Source of the DNA: Acutalibacteraceae bacterium
GTDB taxonomy: Bacteria > Bacillota > Clostridia > Oscillospirales > Acutalibacteraceae
Length of the DNA stretch: 64,000 nt
Direction of reading: 5' to 3'
NCBI GenBank assembly: GCA_045543735.1
Contig: JAZPXO010000008.1
Location: forward strand, 309 to 64,308
Part shown: positions 28,644 through 38,210 of the stretch, one piece after another
Position numbering within the stretch: position 1 is the stretch's first letter
How the letters are laid out: the number at the start of each line of letters is the position of its first letter
Made by a program: the position numbers and the translations under genes
Notes under the pieces: generated by a model
Databases searched by the model: none
Seen by the model: the letters and a program-made list of their open reading frames with translations, nothing else
What the model was told of the DNA's origin: nothing

Positions 28644-30047
28644 TTGATTCAGAAAATTATAAGCATTATTACTGCGTTTATAATGGCTTTAGCCGGTTAT
28701 CCTTTAAGCTTTCTTCCCCAAAATATTGATGAAGATTTTGAAATTGTAAAAGGACCTTTTTCTTCTGAGGCTGTTCTTGTTAACGGTGAAAGCCGTGATA
28801 TCAGCATTTCAAAAAACGGCTCCGAAACAACAATTGATTTTTCGGAAGTTGAATGCGGATATTTCAATTATTTCGGTCTTGCTTATTCGTCAGATGCCTA
28901 TCTCAGAGGCGAGCTTGTTTATGCAAAAAACAGCAAGATTATTTCTGAAGAGTTCTTTCTCGAGCCAGCCGAAAACGGAGAGTTCTTTTCTTTTATTGAC
29001 GGTATGCTCGACAGAGCAAAAGCTAATATAATCCGTTCAGTTTCATTCAAACCTCTTGATAAGAACAGCGCAGAGGTCGAGCTTTACGGAATTTCAACCT
29101 TTAACCGTGAAATTCCCGAGCGTGAAGTTTATGTTGAAAATGGTTCGATAAAAATCGGCGTAGACCTTCTCTGGGGCGGTGCTCTGAGCTATTATGAGGA
29201 CCTTGATTCGGATGTTGAATCTGTCAGGGTTGACGGAAAGATCAAGGTTGATTCGAATGCCTCCGAGCGTTACGGCGCAAGGGCTATAAGCAAAAATGTA
29301 AACCTCATAAACCGTTTCGATGCAGGCAGACTTATTCAGCAGTCATATTACGGGACTAACGGCAGTTCCGACGGTTATGTTACCGGTGAATTCATGGGTA
29401 ATGTTTGGAACTATAACCCTGTTCAGGGCGGTAATCAGTTTAATGACAGCAGTAAGATAGTTGACCTGAGAGTTTCGGAAAACGAACTTTATGTCAAATG
29501 CAGACCGCTTGACTGGGCTAAGCCAAAGGAGGATATAACTCCATCTTATATGGAAGCAGCCTATACTCTTGACGGCAAGCTTCTCAATGCAAACTGCAGA
29601 TTTGTTGATTTCTCGGGTTATACCCCATATTATACATCCCAGGAAATTCCTGCATTTTACTGTGTTGAACCTTTTAACAGATTTGTTTATTATGCGGGCG
29701 ACAATGCATGGTCAGACGAAGCGCTGACCGTAGTTCCTGACCTTATTTTTTGGCCTGATGCGGGCTACCCGAAATTCAATTCCAAAGAACATTGGTCAGG
29801 CTTTATCGGCGAGTTTGACGACAGCTTTGGCATCGGAGTATATGTTCCTGATGAATCCGTTTTTCTTGCAGGAGTTTTTGACAGAGAAAATACAACCGAT
29901 ACCGATCCTTCAAAGGCAGCGCAGACTTCTTACATTGCTGTTATCAAATTCAGAACCTTTGAAAGCTTTGCTCCATATTCATATGAATTTTTTGTTACTT
30001 CGGGTGACTCTACAGAGATGAGAGAAACCTTTTCCGGATTAGAATGA
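28644..30047 (+). CDS. Uncharacterised exported protein
   Basis: AGGAGG RBS then TTG at 28644; hydrophobic N-terminus; conserved-looking NLIN..D.GRLIQQSYYG and WNYNPVQGG blocks. Confidence 0.75.
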   Translation: MIQKIISIITAFIMALAGYPLSFLPQNIDEDFEIVKGPFSSEAVLVNGESRDISISKNGSETTIDFSEVECGYFNYFGLAYSSDAYLRGELVYAKNSKIISEEFFLEPAENGEFFSFIDGMLDRAKANIIRSVSFKPLDKNSAEVELYGISTFNREIPEREVYVENGSIKIGVDLLWGGALSYYEDLDSDVESVRVDGKIKVDSNASERYGARAISKNVNLINRFDAGRLIQQSYYGTNGSSDGYVTGEFMGNVWNYNPVQGGNQFNDSSKIVDLRVSENELYVKCRPLDWAKPKEDITPSYMEAAYTLDGKLLNANCRFVDFSGYTPYYTSQEIPAFYCVEPFNRFVYYAGDNAWSDEALTVVPDLIFWPDAGYPKFNSKEHWSGFIGEFDDSFGIGVYVPDESVFLAGVFDRENTTDTDPSKAAQTSYIAVIKFRTFESFAPYSYEFFVTSGDSTEMRETFSGLE

Positions 30048-30057
30048 GGTAAAATTT

Positions 30058-30864
30058 ATGGCAGATTTAAACAGTTCAATTTGTATTACATCCGTTCTCG
30101 CAACAGCGCTTGAGCTTGCAGGTCTTGAAAAGCCCGAGGGGATTGATAATGCAAACTCCGTTGTAACTGCTCTTGCAAAGAAAAAGCTCGGTGATAAAAA
30201 AACTGACAGAACGGTTATCTATAACCCCGATGCGGTTGCTTTGTGGGTTTATCAGAAATATACAGAGAAGTTTTCGGCGGCACATATGTGTTCCGATTTT
30301 TCGCTGCCGATGCTTTCTGTAATGCCGAGCGTTACTCCCGTTTGCTTTGCTTCAATGTATACGGGCGTCATGCCGGAAATCCACGGAATCAGAAGATATG
30401 AAAAGCCTGTTCTGAAAACAGAAACAATATTTGATGCTTTCTTAAAAGCGGGCAAAAAGTGTGCCATTGTTTCAACGAGTAATGACAGCATCTCGATGAT
30501 TTTTCTTGAGCGTGAAATGGATTATTATATCTATGATACTGTTGAAGAGGTCAATGCAAAGGCTCTTGAAATCATTGAAGATGATAAATACGATCTTGTT
30601 GTAATTTATAACGGAAATTATGACGGAACAATGCACCGTCACGGTCCCGAAGCAGAGCTTTCTCTTGCGGCTCTCGACGGTAATATTGCATTCTATGCCG
30701 AGCTTTCCGATAAAATTGAAGCCTGCTGGAAAAATCATAATGTTTTCTTCGGCTTCTGCCCCGACCACGGTTGCCATGAGATAGATGAGGGCTGCGGCTC
30801 ACACGGTCTTGATATGGAAGAGGATATGAATGTAGTTCATTTCTACGGCATAAAAACACTGTAA
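30058..30864 (+). CDS. Alkaline phosphatase / nucleotide pyrophosphatase superfamily protein
   Basis: NPDA, SVTPVCFASMYTG (Thr nucleophile), D..MH..G, PDHG. Confidence 0.8.
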   Translation: MADLNSSICITSVLATALELAGLEKPEGIDNANSVVTALAKKKLGDKKTDRTVIYNPDAVALWVYQKYTEKFSAAHMCSDFSLPMLSVMPSVTPVCFASMYTGVMPEIHGIRRYEKPVLKTETIFDAFLKAGKKCAIVSTSNDSISMIFLEREMDYYIYDTVEEVNAKALEIIEDDKYDLVVIYNGNYDGTMHRHGPEAELSLAALDGNIAFYAELSDKIEACWKNHNVFFGFCPDHGCHEIDEGCGSHGLDMEEDMNVVHFYGIKTL

Positions 30865-30893
30865 AAAAGAAGCACCTGCAGGGGTGCTTTTTT
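30864..30893. terminator. Bidirectional terminator
   Basis: AAGCACC...GGTGCTT stem with A- and T-tracts between convergent genes. Confidence 0.7.
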
Positions 30894-31650
30894 ATTCTTC
30901 GGGATTTACTTTGCAGGTATATCTGTTCTGACCGATGCTGACCTTGCCGTATTCAATTGATTCGGCAGGACATTTACAGATGCATGCCATGCAGTGAGTG
31001 CAGTTTTTGCCCCAGACAGGCTTCCCGTCTTTTATAGTAATGTTTGAAAGGGGGCAGACTTTTTCGCATTTTCCGCAGGAAATGCATTTATCTGTTGTGC
31101 AGAATTTTTTTGCGCTTACACATAACGGATAGAATACATCGTTGACAATTCCGCTTTTTAGTTTGCCGATAATATTGACATTGACTTGAGCAAGCTTATT
31201 ACCTGAAGCTATGATGGTAGCAGTTTTGTCAATTCTGTCCTTAGATTTTGCAATTATCCTTGAAGCCTGCTCATCATTGGGCGAGGTGAACATTGCAATA
31301 TAGTTTTCGGGCATTCTGAAGCAGGCACAGCCCATATATTCCTTGCCGATTTTACGGCAAAGCTTTTTCAGATATCTTTCGGCGTTTCCGATATCGTCGC
31401 CGCAGGTCATGAGAAAGTATATTTTATCATTGTCTTCAAGCGGTGTTCTTTCAAGATAGTCTTTCAGTATACGGGGAATACGCCATGCATAGGTCGGTGC
31501 GCAAACAGTAAAAGGTTTGTCTGAGATAATGGGGGAATAATCCTTGTTTTTTATTCTGTCAAACAAATCAAGTGTTTCTTCTCCGAGTATTTTTGCCGTT
31601 CTTTCTGCAACATACCTGCTGTTGCCTGTTCCCGAAAAATATAAAATCAT
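30892..31650 (-). CDS. EFR1-family flavodoxin-ferredoxin fusion
   Basis: YFSGTGNS, MPENYI, CISCGKCEKVCP and CTHCMACICKCP. Confidence 0.9.
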   Translation of the reverse strand: MILYFSGTGNSRYVAERTAKILGEETLDLFDRIKNKDYSPIISDKPFTVCAPTYAWRIPRILKDYLERTPLEDNDKIYFLMTCGDDIGNAERYLKKLCRKIGKEYMGCACFRMPENYIAMFTSPNDEQASRIIAKSKDRIDKTATIIASGNKLAQVNVNIIGKLKSGIVNDVFYPLCVSAKKFCTTDKCISCGKCEKVCPLSNITIKDGKPVWGKNCTHCMACICKCPAESIEYGKVSIGQNRYTCKVNPEE

Positions 31651-31724
31651 TTATAACACCTCACAGATATAATATCATTTCGGAATGTATCATTCAACTA
31701 TTAATTTTTACTTCTTATTAATCG

Positions 31725-31753
31725 TTGACACATTTACGGTAAACTGATATAAT
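31725..31753 (+). promoter_or_regulatory. Consensus sigma-A promoter of the fucosidase gene
   Basis: TTGACA-17 nt-TATAAT with extended TG. Confidence 0.75.
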
Positions 31754-31787
31754 TTTTAAAACTATTAATCAAATCGGAGGGTTTGCC

Positions 31788-33089
31788 ATGTACGAAAACA
31801 ATTGGGAGTCACTTAATTCCCGTCCCGTTCCCGAATGGTTTGGCGATGCAAAGTTCGGTATTTTTATTCATTGGGGACTTTACAGTGTTCCTGCCTATGC
31901 CCCTAAAGGCAAGTATGCCGAGTGGTACGGCTATCATTGCGATGAGATTGTTGAAAGAAGCACAAATGACAGAGATTATTATTACTATCATCAAAAAAAA
32001 TATGGTCCGGATTTCAAATATAACGATTTTGTAAAAGACTTTACGGCTGAGTTTTTTGATGCCGACAAGTGGGCTGACCTTTTTCAGAAGAGCGGCGCAA
32101 AATATATCAATATCGTTTCAAAGCATCATGACGGCTTCTGTCTTTATAAATCTGATTATGCGTGGAACTGGAACAGCGTTGATGTAGGCCCTCACAGAGA
32201 CTTTCTCATGGAGCTCAAAGATGCGCTTGCCAAAACCGATGTCCGTTTCGGAGTATATCATTCAGTTTATGAATGGTTCAATCCCGTATACCTCAGAAAT
32301 CCCGAGGAATACGCTCTCACTCATCTTATCCCCATGCTTAAGGAGCTTGTTGAGAAATATCAGCCCAGCACTCTTTTCACTGACGGCGAATGGGAGCATC
32401 CTTCATCAGTCTGGCATTCAACCGAGTTCCTGCAGTGGCTCTATAACGAATCGAGCGTTAAGGACTATATTGTTCCCAATGACCGTTGGGGTAAGGAAAC
32501 AAGAGGCAACGTAGGCGGCAACTTCACTTCAGAATACGGCTATATTGAGGAAGGTAAAAAGATTGAAGATGTTGAGCTTGACAGACCTTTTGAGGAATGC
32601 AGAGGCATCGGCATGTCGTTCGGCTTTAATAAGAACGAGGATGTAGCCGATTATCTGAGCGCCAAAGAGCTTATTGAAATGCTTTGCGATCTTGTTTCAA
32701 AGGGCGGCAATTTCCTTCTTAACATCGGTCCTGCGGCAGACGGAACAATTCCCGTTATTATGGAAGAAAGACTTCTTCAGATGGGCGATTGGCTCCGCGT
32801 TAACGGCGAGGCAATTTACGGCACAAGAATTTATTCAAAAAAGCTTCAGAACGGTGTTTATTATACGAAGAAGGGCGAGGATGTTTATGCGATTCTCAAC
32901 CGTTTCCCGTTCGGCACACAGACTCTTGAGCTTGTTGACTATGATCCTGCTCTTAAGGCGGCGCTTCTCGGCAGTGATGCTGCTGTAGAAATAAGAGATA
33001 ACGGCGGTAAGGCAGAGATTGTTTTCCCTGCAATCAACCCTGAAAACATTGACGGCAATTATCTCTATACAGTCAAGCTTTATAAATAA
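31788..33089 (+). CDS. GH29 alpha-L-fucosidase (cytoplasmic)
   Basis: WFGDAKFGIFIHWG, KHHDGF, LFTDGEW, NDRW, GGNFLLNIGP. Confidence 0.93.
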   Translation: MYENNWESLNSRPVPEWFGDAKFGIFIHWGLYSVPAYAPKGKYAEWYGYHCDEIVERSTNDRDYYYYHQKKYGPDFKYNDFVKDFTAEFFDADKWADLFQKSGAKYINIVSKHHDGFCLYKSDYAWNWNSVDVGPHRDFLMELKDALAKTDVRFGVYHSVYEWFNPVYLRNPEEYALTHLIPMLKELVEKYQPSTLFTDGEWEHPSSVWHSTEFLQWLYNESSVKDYIVPNDRWGKETRGNVGGNFTSEYGYIEEGKKIEDVELDRPFEECRGIGMSFGFNKNEDVADYLSAKELIEMLCDLVSKGGNFLLNIGPAADGTIPVIMEERLLQMGDWLRVNGEAIYGTRIYSKKLQNGVYYTKKGEDVYAILNRFPFGTQTLELVDYDPALKAALLGSDAAVEIRDNGGKAEIVFPAINPENIDGNYLYTVKLYK

Positions 33090-33123
33090 TTTAATCAAAT
33101 TGTAATATTTCTGAAATCAAATT

Positions 33124-33167
33124 GAGCCTTCCTGCATTTAGAATAAAACCATGCAGGGAGGCTTTTT
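33124..33167 (+). terminator. Terminator-like hairpin overlapping the RBS of the next gene
   Basis: AGCCTTCCTGCAT...ATGCAGGGAGGCT followed by TTTT then ATG at 33168. Confidence 0.7.
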
Positions 33168-33956
33168 ATGTTGAAAAAGAGAAAATACTATTTAATAGGA
33201 ATCGTTTCGGTTGTTTTGATTTTAACGGCAGTATTTTCAAGCGTTTTTTTGCAGGATAATATGAACCGCGGAAAACTTTCAGATGTGTCAGCAAAAACAA
33301 TCAGAACAGTTGAAGCGTTCGCACAAAAAAATTCGTTGGATTTTGAGGATTATCCCGTTGAGCTTATCGAACTACTTTCGAGAAATCCCGAAACGCAGGA
33401 TTTTGTTCTTTCTTATCCGCTTGAAAAGGATGTTGATCATGAAATTGATTTGTCGGAATATAAAAACAGTAAAACGGTCCCTCTTTTTATGCAGTGGGAC
33501 AAGCGATGGGGATATATTGAATACGGGAGCGGAGTTGCGGGACTGACTGCTTGCGGACCTGTCTGTCTTTCAATGTGCGCATATTATCTGACGGGTGATG
33601 ATGCTATGTCACCGGATAAAATAATTGAATTTGCTCTTGAAAACAAATATTACGAAAAAGGAAGCGGTTCTCTTTGGACTCTTATCAGCGAGGGCGGAGA
33701 AAAACTCGGGCTTGAGGTTGATGAGCTTCCGCTTGTCAAAAATAAGATTACCGATAATCTTGAAGCGGGTAACCCCGTTATATGTGTGATGGGTGAAGGT
33801 CACTTCACAACAACGGGACACTTTATAGTTCTGACAGGAATAAAAAACGGCGAATTTACCGTTAATGATCCGAACAGCATATCGAATTCCGAAAGAACAT
33901 GGAGCTATGAGGAAATCAGCGGTGAAATCAAAAATCTCTGGGCAATAAGCTCATAA
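33168..33956 (+). CDS. Membrane-anchored C39-like cysteine peptidase
   Basis: N-terminal TM; QWDKRWG, CGP (Cys), GHFIVL (His), NDPNS (Asp). Confidence 0.85.
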   Translation: MLKKRKYYLIGIVSVVLILTAVFSSVFLQDNMNRGKLSDVSAKTIRTVEAFAQKNSLDFEDYPVELIELLSRNPETQDFVLSYPLEKDVDHEIDLSEYKNSKTVPLFMQWDKRWGYIEYGSGVAGLTACGPVCLSMCAYYLTGDDAMSPDKIIEFALENKYYEKGSGSLWTLISEGGEKLGLEVDELPLVKNKITDNLEAGNPVICVMGEGHFTTTGHFIVLTGIKNGEFTVNDPNSISNSERTWSYEEISGEIKNLWAISS

Positions 33957-33981
33957 AAGCAGGCGCGAACCTGCTTTTTTT
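33955..33981 (+). terminator. Rho-independent terminator
   Basis: AAAAGCAGG-CGCGAA-CCTGCTTTTTTT. Confidence 0.75.
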
Positions 33982-34073
33982 ATTTCTTTACTTTTTGAAT
34001 TGCGTTTGTTATTATATTTTCATTGAAATGAACATATAATAATTCAGCTTGCATAAAAATCGGAGGTAGAAAA

Positions 34074-34733
34074 ATGTTTAAGACTCTTGATATACTCAGC
34101 ATGGATCATTCGCTTGCAGGTGCGTGGCTTGCCGGCTTTGAATATCCGTGGGAAGCTCTCAGAAGTATAAAAAGCCATATACTGGAGCTTTGCAAAGAAA
34201 TTGATAAATCCGAATATAATGAAGTTTCAGAGAATGTTTTTGTTCACAAAACCGCAGTGGTTGCTCCGACTGCTTATATCGGTTCGCCCTGCATTATCGG
34301 CGCAGGTACAGAGGTTCGCCATTGTGCGTTTATCCGCGAAAGTGCGCTTATCGGTGAAAACTGTGTTGTCGGCAATTCCGTTGAAATCAAGAATGCAATT
34401 CTTTTCGATTGCGTTCAGGTTCCTCATTTCAACTATGTAGGCGACAGCATTCTCGGTTATAAATCCCATATGGGCGCAGGCTCAGTAACTTCAAATGTCA
34501 AATCAGACCAATCATATATTACGGTTAAAAACGGTGATGAAAAATTTGAAACAGAGCTGAAAAAATTCGGCGCAATTCTCGGCGATAATGTTGAGGTAGG
34601 GTGCAATACGGTTCTCAATCCCGGAACGGTTATCGGTAACGGAACAAATATTTATCCTCTTTCATGCGTTAGGGGAACAGTTCCTGCAAATTCCATCTAT
34701 AAAACAGGCGGAGTAACAGTAGAAAAAGCCTGA
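34074..34733 (+). CDS. Stand-alone GlmU-like left-handed beta-helix acetyltransferase (no uridyltransferase domain)
   Basis: Hexapeptide repeats; GNSVEIKN, HFNYVGDS, GAG.VTSN, KFGAILGD; only 219 aa. Confidence 0.8.
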   Translation: MFKTLDILSMDHSLAGAWLAGFEYPWEALRSIKSHILELCKEIDKSEYNEVSENVFVHKTAVVAPTAYIGSPCIIGAGTEVRHCAFIRESALIGENCVVGNSVEIKNAILFDCVQVPHFNYVGDSILGYKSHMGAGSVTSNVKSDQSYITVKNGDEKFETELKKFGAILGDNVEVGCNTVLNPGTVIGNGTNIYPLSCVRGTVPANSIYKTGGVTVEKA

Positions 34734-34748
34734 TAAGGAGAGTGTTTT

Positions 34749-36137
34749 TTGGGCAGATATTTCGGAACAGACGGCTTCAGAGGAGAGGCTAACGTCGGCC
34801 TCACTGCAGGGCATGCTTTCAGTGTCGGCAGATTTCTCGGCTGGTATTTCGGAGAATTAAAAAAGCATTCAGGAAAATATGAAAAAGCAAGGATTGTAAT
34901 AGGTAAAGACACAAGAAGATCAAGCTATATGTTTGAATATTCTCTTGTTGCGGGTCTCACGGCTTCGGGCGCGGATGCATATCTTCTGCATGTAACAACA
35001 ACGCCGTCGGTTGCTTATATAACTAAGGTTGACGGTTTTGATTGCGGAATTATGATTTCTGCAAGCCATAATCCGTTTTATGATAACGGAATCAAGCTTA
35101 TATTATCAAACGGCGAAAAATCAGATGATAATATGACAGACTTCATTGAAGATTATATTGACGGAAAGCTTGAGATCTTCGGCGAAAGAATGAAAGAGCT
35201 TCCTTATGCTCAAAAAGAGAATATTGGCAAAACAGTCGATTATATATCGGGCAGAAACCGTTATATTGCCTATCTTATTTCACTCGGAATTTATTCATTC
35301 AGAGGAATCAAAGTCGGTCTTGACTGTGCCAACGGCAGCTCATGGAGCATCGCCAAGGCTGTTTTCGATGCGCTTGGGGCTGAGACCTTTGTTATCAATG
35401 CCGAACCCGACGGTCTGAATATTAACCGCAATTCGGGCTCAACCCACATTGAGGTTCTGCGCGACTATGTTGTTTCAAACAGTCTTGATATCGGTTTTGC
35501 GTATGACGGCGATGCGGACAGATGTATCTGCGTTGATGAAAAAGGCAATGTTCTTACGGGAGACCATATTCTCTATATCTGCGGCAAATATCTTAAAGAA
35601 AAAGGTCAGCTTCTGAATAATACCGTTGTTACAACGGTTATGTCAAATATCGGTCTATATAAAGCTTTTGATAAAATCGGTATCGACTATGCAAAAACGG
35701 CGGTGGGCGACAGATTTGTTTATGAATATATGCAGAAAAACGGCAACCGTCTCGGCGGCGAAGAATCGGGGCATATAATTTTTTCGAAATATGCAACAAC
35801 GGGTGACGGCATCCTCACAAGCCTGAAGCTTATGGAGGTTATGATTGCGTCAAAAAAACAGATGAGCGTTCTCGGTTCAGAACTTCTTATTTATCCCCAG
35901 ACACTTATAAATGTCAGAGTCAGGGATAAATCAGCCGCAAGAGCGGATGAGGATGTTTGCAAAGCTGTTGAAGAAGCAGAAAAACTTCTCGGCAGCAGCG
36001 GCAGAATTCTTGTGCGTGAATCGGGTACAGAGCCTGTTATAAGGGTTATGGCTGAGGCACAAACACAGGAACTTTGCAAGAAGTGTGTAGAATCTGTGGT
36101 TAATGTTCTTAAAGAAAAAGGGCATGCTTCTGAATAA
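34749..36137 (+). CDS. glmM: Phosphoglucosamine mutase
   Basis: YFGTDG.RG, GKDTR.S, MISASHNP, DGDADR, GGEESGH, VRESGTEP. Confidence 0.93.
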   Translation: MGRYFGTDGFRGEANVGLTAGHAFSVGRFLGWYFGELKKHSGKYEKARIVIGKDTRRSSYMFEYSLVAGLTASGADAYLLHVTTTPSVAYITKVDGFDCGIMISASHNPFYDNGIKLILSNGEKSDDNMTDFIEDYIDGKLEIFGERMKELPYAQKENIGKTVDYISGRNRYIAYLISLGIYSFRGIKVGLDCANGSSWSIAKAVFDALGAETFVINAEPDGLNINRNSGSTHIEVLRDYVVSNSLDIGFAYDGDADRCICVDEKGNVLTGDHILYICGKYLKEKGQLLNNTVVTTVMSNIGLYKAFDKIGIDYAKTAVGDRFVYEYMQKNGNRLGGEESGHIIFSKYATTGDGILTSLKLMEVMIASKKQMSVLGSELLIYPQTLINVRVRDKSAARADEDVCKAVEEAEKLLGSSGRILVRESGTEPVIRVMAEAQTQELCKKCVESVVNVLKEKGHASE

Positions 36138-36146
36138 ATAATTGAT

Positions 36147-36174
36147 GAGGCGATTTGATAATCGCCTCTTTTTT
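36147..36174 (+). terminator. Rho-independent terminator
   Basis: GAGGCGATT...AATCGCCTC plus T-tract. Confidence 0.75.
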
Positions 36175-36251
36175 GTTGATTGATAATTAATACTTGAAAT
36201 GATTTCTTCTTTATAGTATTATAAAGAGGATAATGACATAAAAGGAATGTT

Positions 36252-37124
36252 ATGATGCAATTTGTAGTCATGGACCTTGAATGGAATAATGCATATTCCA
36301 AAAAGGCAAACGGTTATATAAACGAGATAATCGAAATCGGTGCCGTCAAGCTTGATTCCGAGCTTGAAAATGTTGACACCTTTTCTTGCATTATCCGTTC
36401 CCAGATAGGCAAAAAGCTCCGCGGAAGCGTTAAGAGACTGACTCATCTTACAAACGACGATATCAGCTCGGGCGTACCGTTTACGAAAGCGTTTTCCATG
36501 TTCCGCAAATGGATTGGAACTGAAGAAACCGTTATTTTCACCTGGGGCGACGGCGATATCAGGGTGTTGCTTGAAAACTTCAAATATCTCAACGGAATCA
36601 AGGTTATACCTTTTCTTGACAAATACTGTGACCTGCAGAAGGTTTTTCAGAGGCTTTTCAATTGTTCAAAGGGTCAGCAGACGGGACTTCTTACGGCTGC
36701 TCAGATGCTTGAAATCGACCCTGAAATGTATATTCATCACAGAGCGCTCGGCGACAGCATGTTAACAGCTGATATTCTCAAAAGAATTTTGCCGAAAGAT
36801 TCTGTTTTTCCTGAAACGGTTGACTGCAGTGAGGAGTTTTACTCAAAGCTTGTTTACAAGGCAAAGGTCATCAGAAACATTGAGAATCCTCTTGTTGATA
36901 AAAAGCGTCTTTGCCATGTTTGTGAAACCTGCGGTTCGCCCTGCAATCAGTTAACCGCATGGAAATTTCACTGTCAGTTTTTCAGGGCAAACTTTCATTG
37001 CCCCCAGTGTGACCTTGATTATTCCGTGGGCGTGAGATTCAAAAAGCTTTACGATCAGGTTGAGTTCAGAAAAATTGTTTCCGTAATAGAGCCGAATATC
37101 ACGGCGGAGGAGGAATCGGAATGA
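36252..37124 (+). CDS. DEDDh 3'-5' exonuclease (KapD/ERI1-like) with C-terminal Zn-ribbon
   Basis: MDLEWN, EIIEIGAVK, WGDGD, HRALGDS; CETC...CPQC. Confidence 0.85.
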   Translation: MMQFVVMDLEWNNAYSKKANGYINEIIEIGAVKLDSELENVDTFSCIIRSQIGKKLRGSVKRLTHLTNDDISSGVPFTKAFSMFRKWIGTEETVIFTWGDGDIRVLLENFKYLNGIKVIPFLDKYCDLQKVFQRLFNCSKGQQTGLLTAAQMLEIDPEMYIHHRALGDSMLTADILKRILPKDSVFPETVDCSEEFYSKLVYKAKVIRNIENPLVDKKRLCHVCETCGSPCNQLTAWKFHCQFFRANFHCPQCDLDYSVGVRFKKLYDQVEFRKIVSVIEPNITAEEESE

Positions 37125-38137
37125 AAATACTTGTAACGGGCGGAGCAGGCTTTATAGGCTGCAATTTTGTCTATTATATGCTTGAAAAATATCCCGGATA
37201 TGAAATAGTCTGCCTTGACGCTTTGACTTATGCTGGTAATCTCAAAAGCCTTGACGAAGCAATGAAAAACGAAAAATTCAGCTTTGTAAAGGGCAGCATT
37301 TCGGATAAAGCTTTTGTTGATAAACTGTTCAGAAAAGAAGCCTTCGATATCGTGGTTAATTTTGCGGCTGAAAGCCATGTTGACCGTTCTATTGAAAATC
37401 CGTTTATCTTCCTTGAAACAAATATTATGGGAACGGCTTGCCTGCTTGAAGCGAGCAAGAAATACGGCGTTAAAAGATTTCATCAGGTATCAACGGATGA
37501 GGTTTACGGCGATCTTCCTCTTGACCGCCCCGACCTTTTCTTTACCGAAGAAACGCCCATTCATACATCAAGCCCTTATTCGTCATCAAAAGCATCTGCT
37601 GACCTGCTTACTCTCGCTTTTCACAGAACCTACGGTCTGCCTGTAACGGTTTCAAGATGCTCTAACAATTACGGCCCTTATCAGTTTCCCGAAAAGCTTA
37701 TTCCGCTTATGATAGTCAGAGCGCAGGAGGATCAGTCTTTGCCTGTTTACGGTGAAGGTCTGAATGTGCGTGACTGGCTTTATGTTGAAGATCACTGTAA
37801 GGCAATTGACCTGATTATTCACAACGGCAGGGTAGGCGAGGTGTATAATGTAGGCGGTCATAATGAGAAGCAGAATATCGAGGTTGTCAGAACCTTGCTC
37901 AATGCTCTCGGTAAGCCCGAAAGCCTTATTACTTATGTTAAAGACAGAGCAGGGCATGACCTTCGTTATGCAATAGATCCTACAAAGATTTCGAATGAAC
38001 TCGGCTGGCTTCCCGAAACAAAATTTGAGGACGGCATGGCAAAAACCATTCAGTGGTATCTTGATAATAAGTCGTGGACTGACGATATCAAGAGCGGCGA
38101 ATATGCCGAATACAGCCGAAGAGTTTACGGCGATTAA
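37121..38137 (+). CDS. rfbB: dTDP-glucose 4,6-dehydratase
   Basis: GGAGFIG, DALTYAGN, AAESHVDRSI, STDEVYG, PYSSSK, GHD.RYA. Confidence 0.95.
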   Translation: MKILVTGGAGFIGCNFVYYMLEKYPGYEIVCLDALTYAGNLKSLDEAMKNEKFSFVKGSISDKAFVDKLFRKEAFDIVVNFAAESHVDRSIENPFIFLETNIMGTACLLEASKKYGVKRFHQVSTDEVYGDLPLDRPDLFFTEETPIHTSSPYSSSKASADLLTLAFHRTYGLPVTVSRCSNNYGPYQFPEKLIPLMIVRAQEDQSLPVYGEGLNVRDWLYVEDHCKAIDLIIHNGRVGEVYNVGGHNEKQNIEVVRTLLNALGKPESLITYVKDRAGHDLRYAIDPTKISNELGWLPETKFEDGMAKTIQWYLDNKSWTDDIKSGEYAEYSRRVYGD

Positions 38138-38143
38138 AAAGAT

Positions 38144-38181
38144 AACGGTACAGTATCGTTTGTATACTGTACCGTTTTTTT
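38144..38181. terminator. Terminator between rfbB and tsaA
   Basis: AACGGTACAGTAT...ATACTGTACCGTT stem plus T-tract. Confidence 0.8.
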
Positions 38182-38210
38182 ATTCAGGCATTAGCTTTTG
38201 CCTTGTATTA

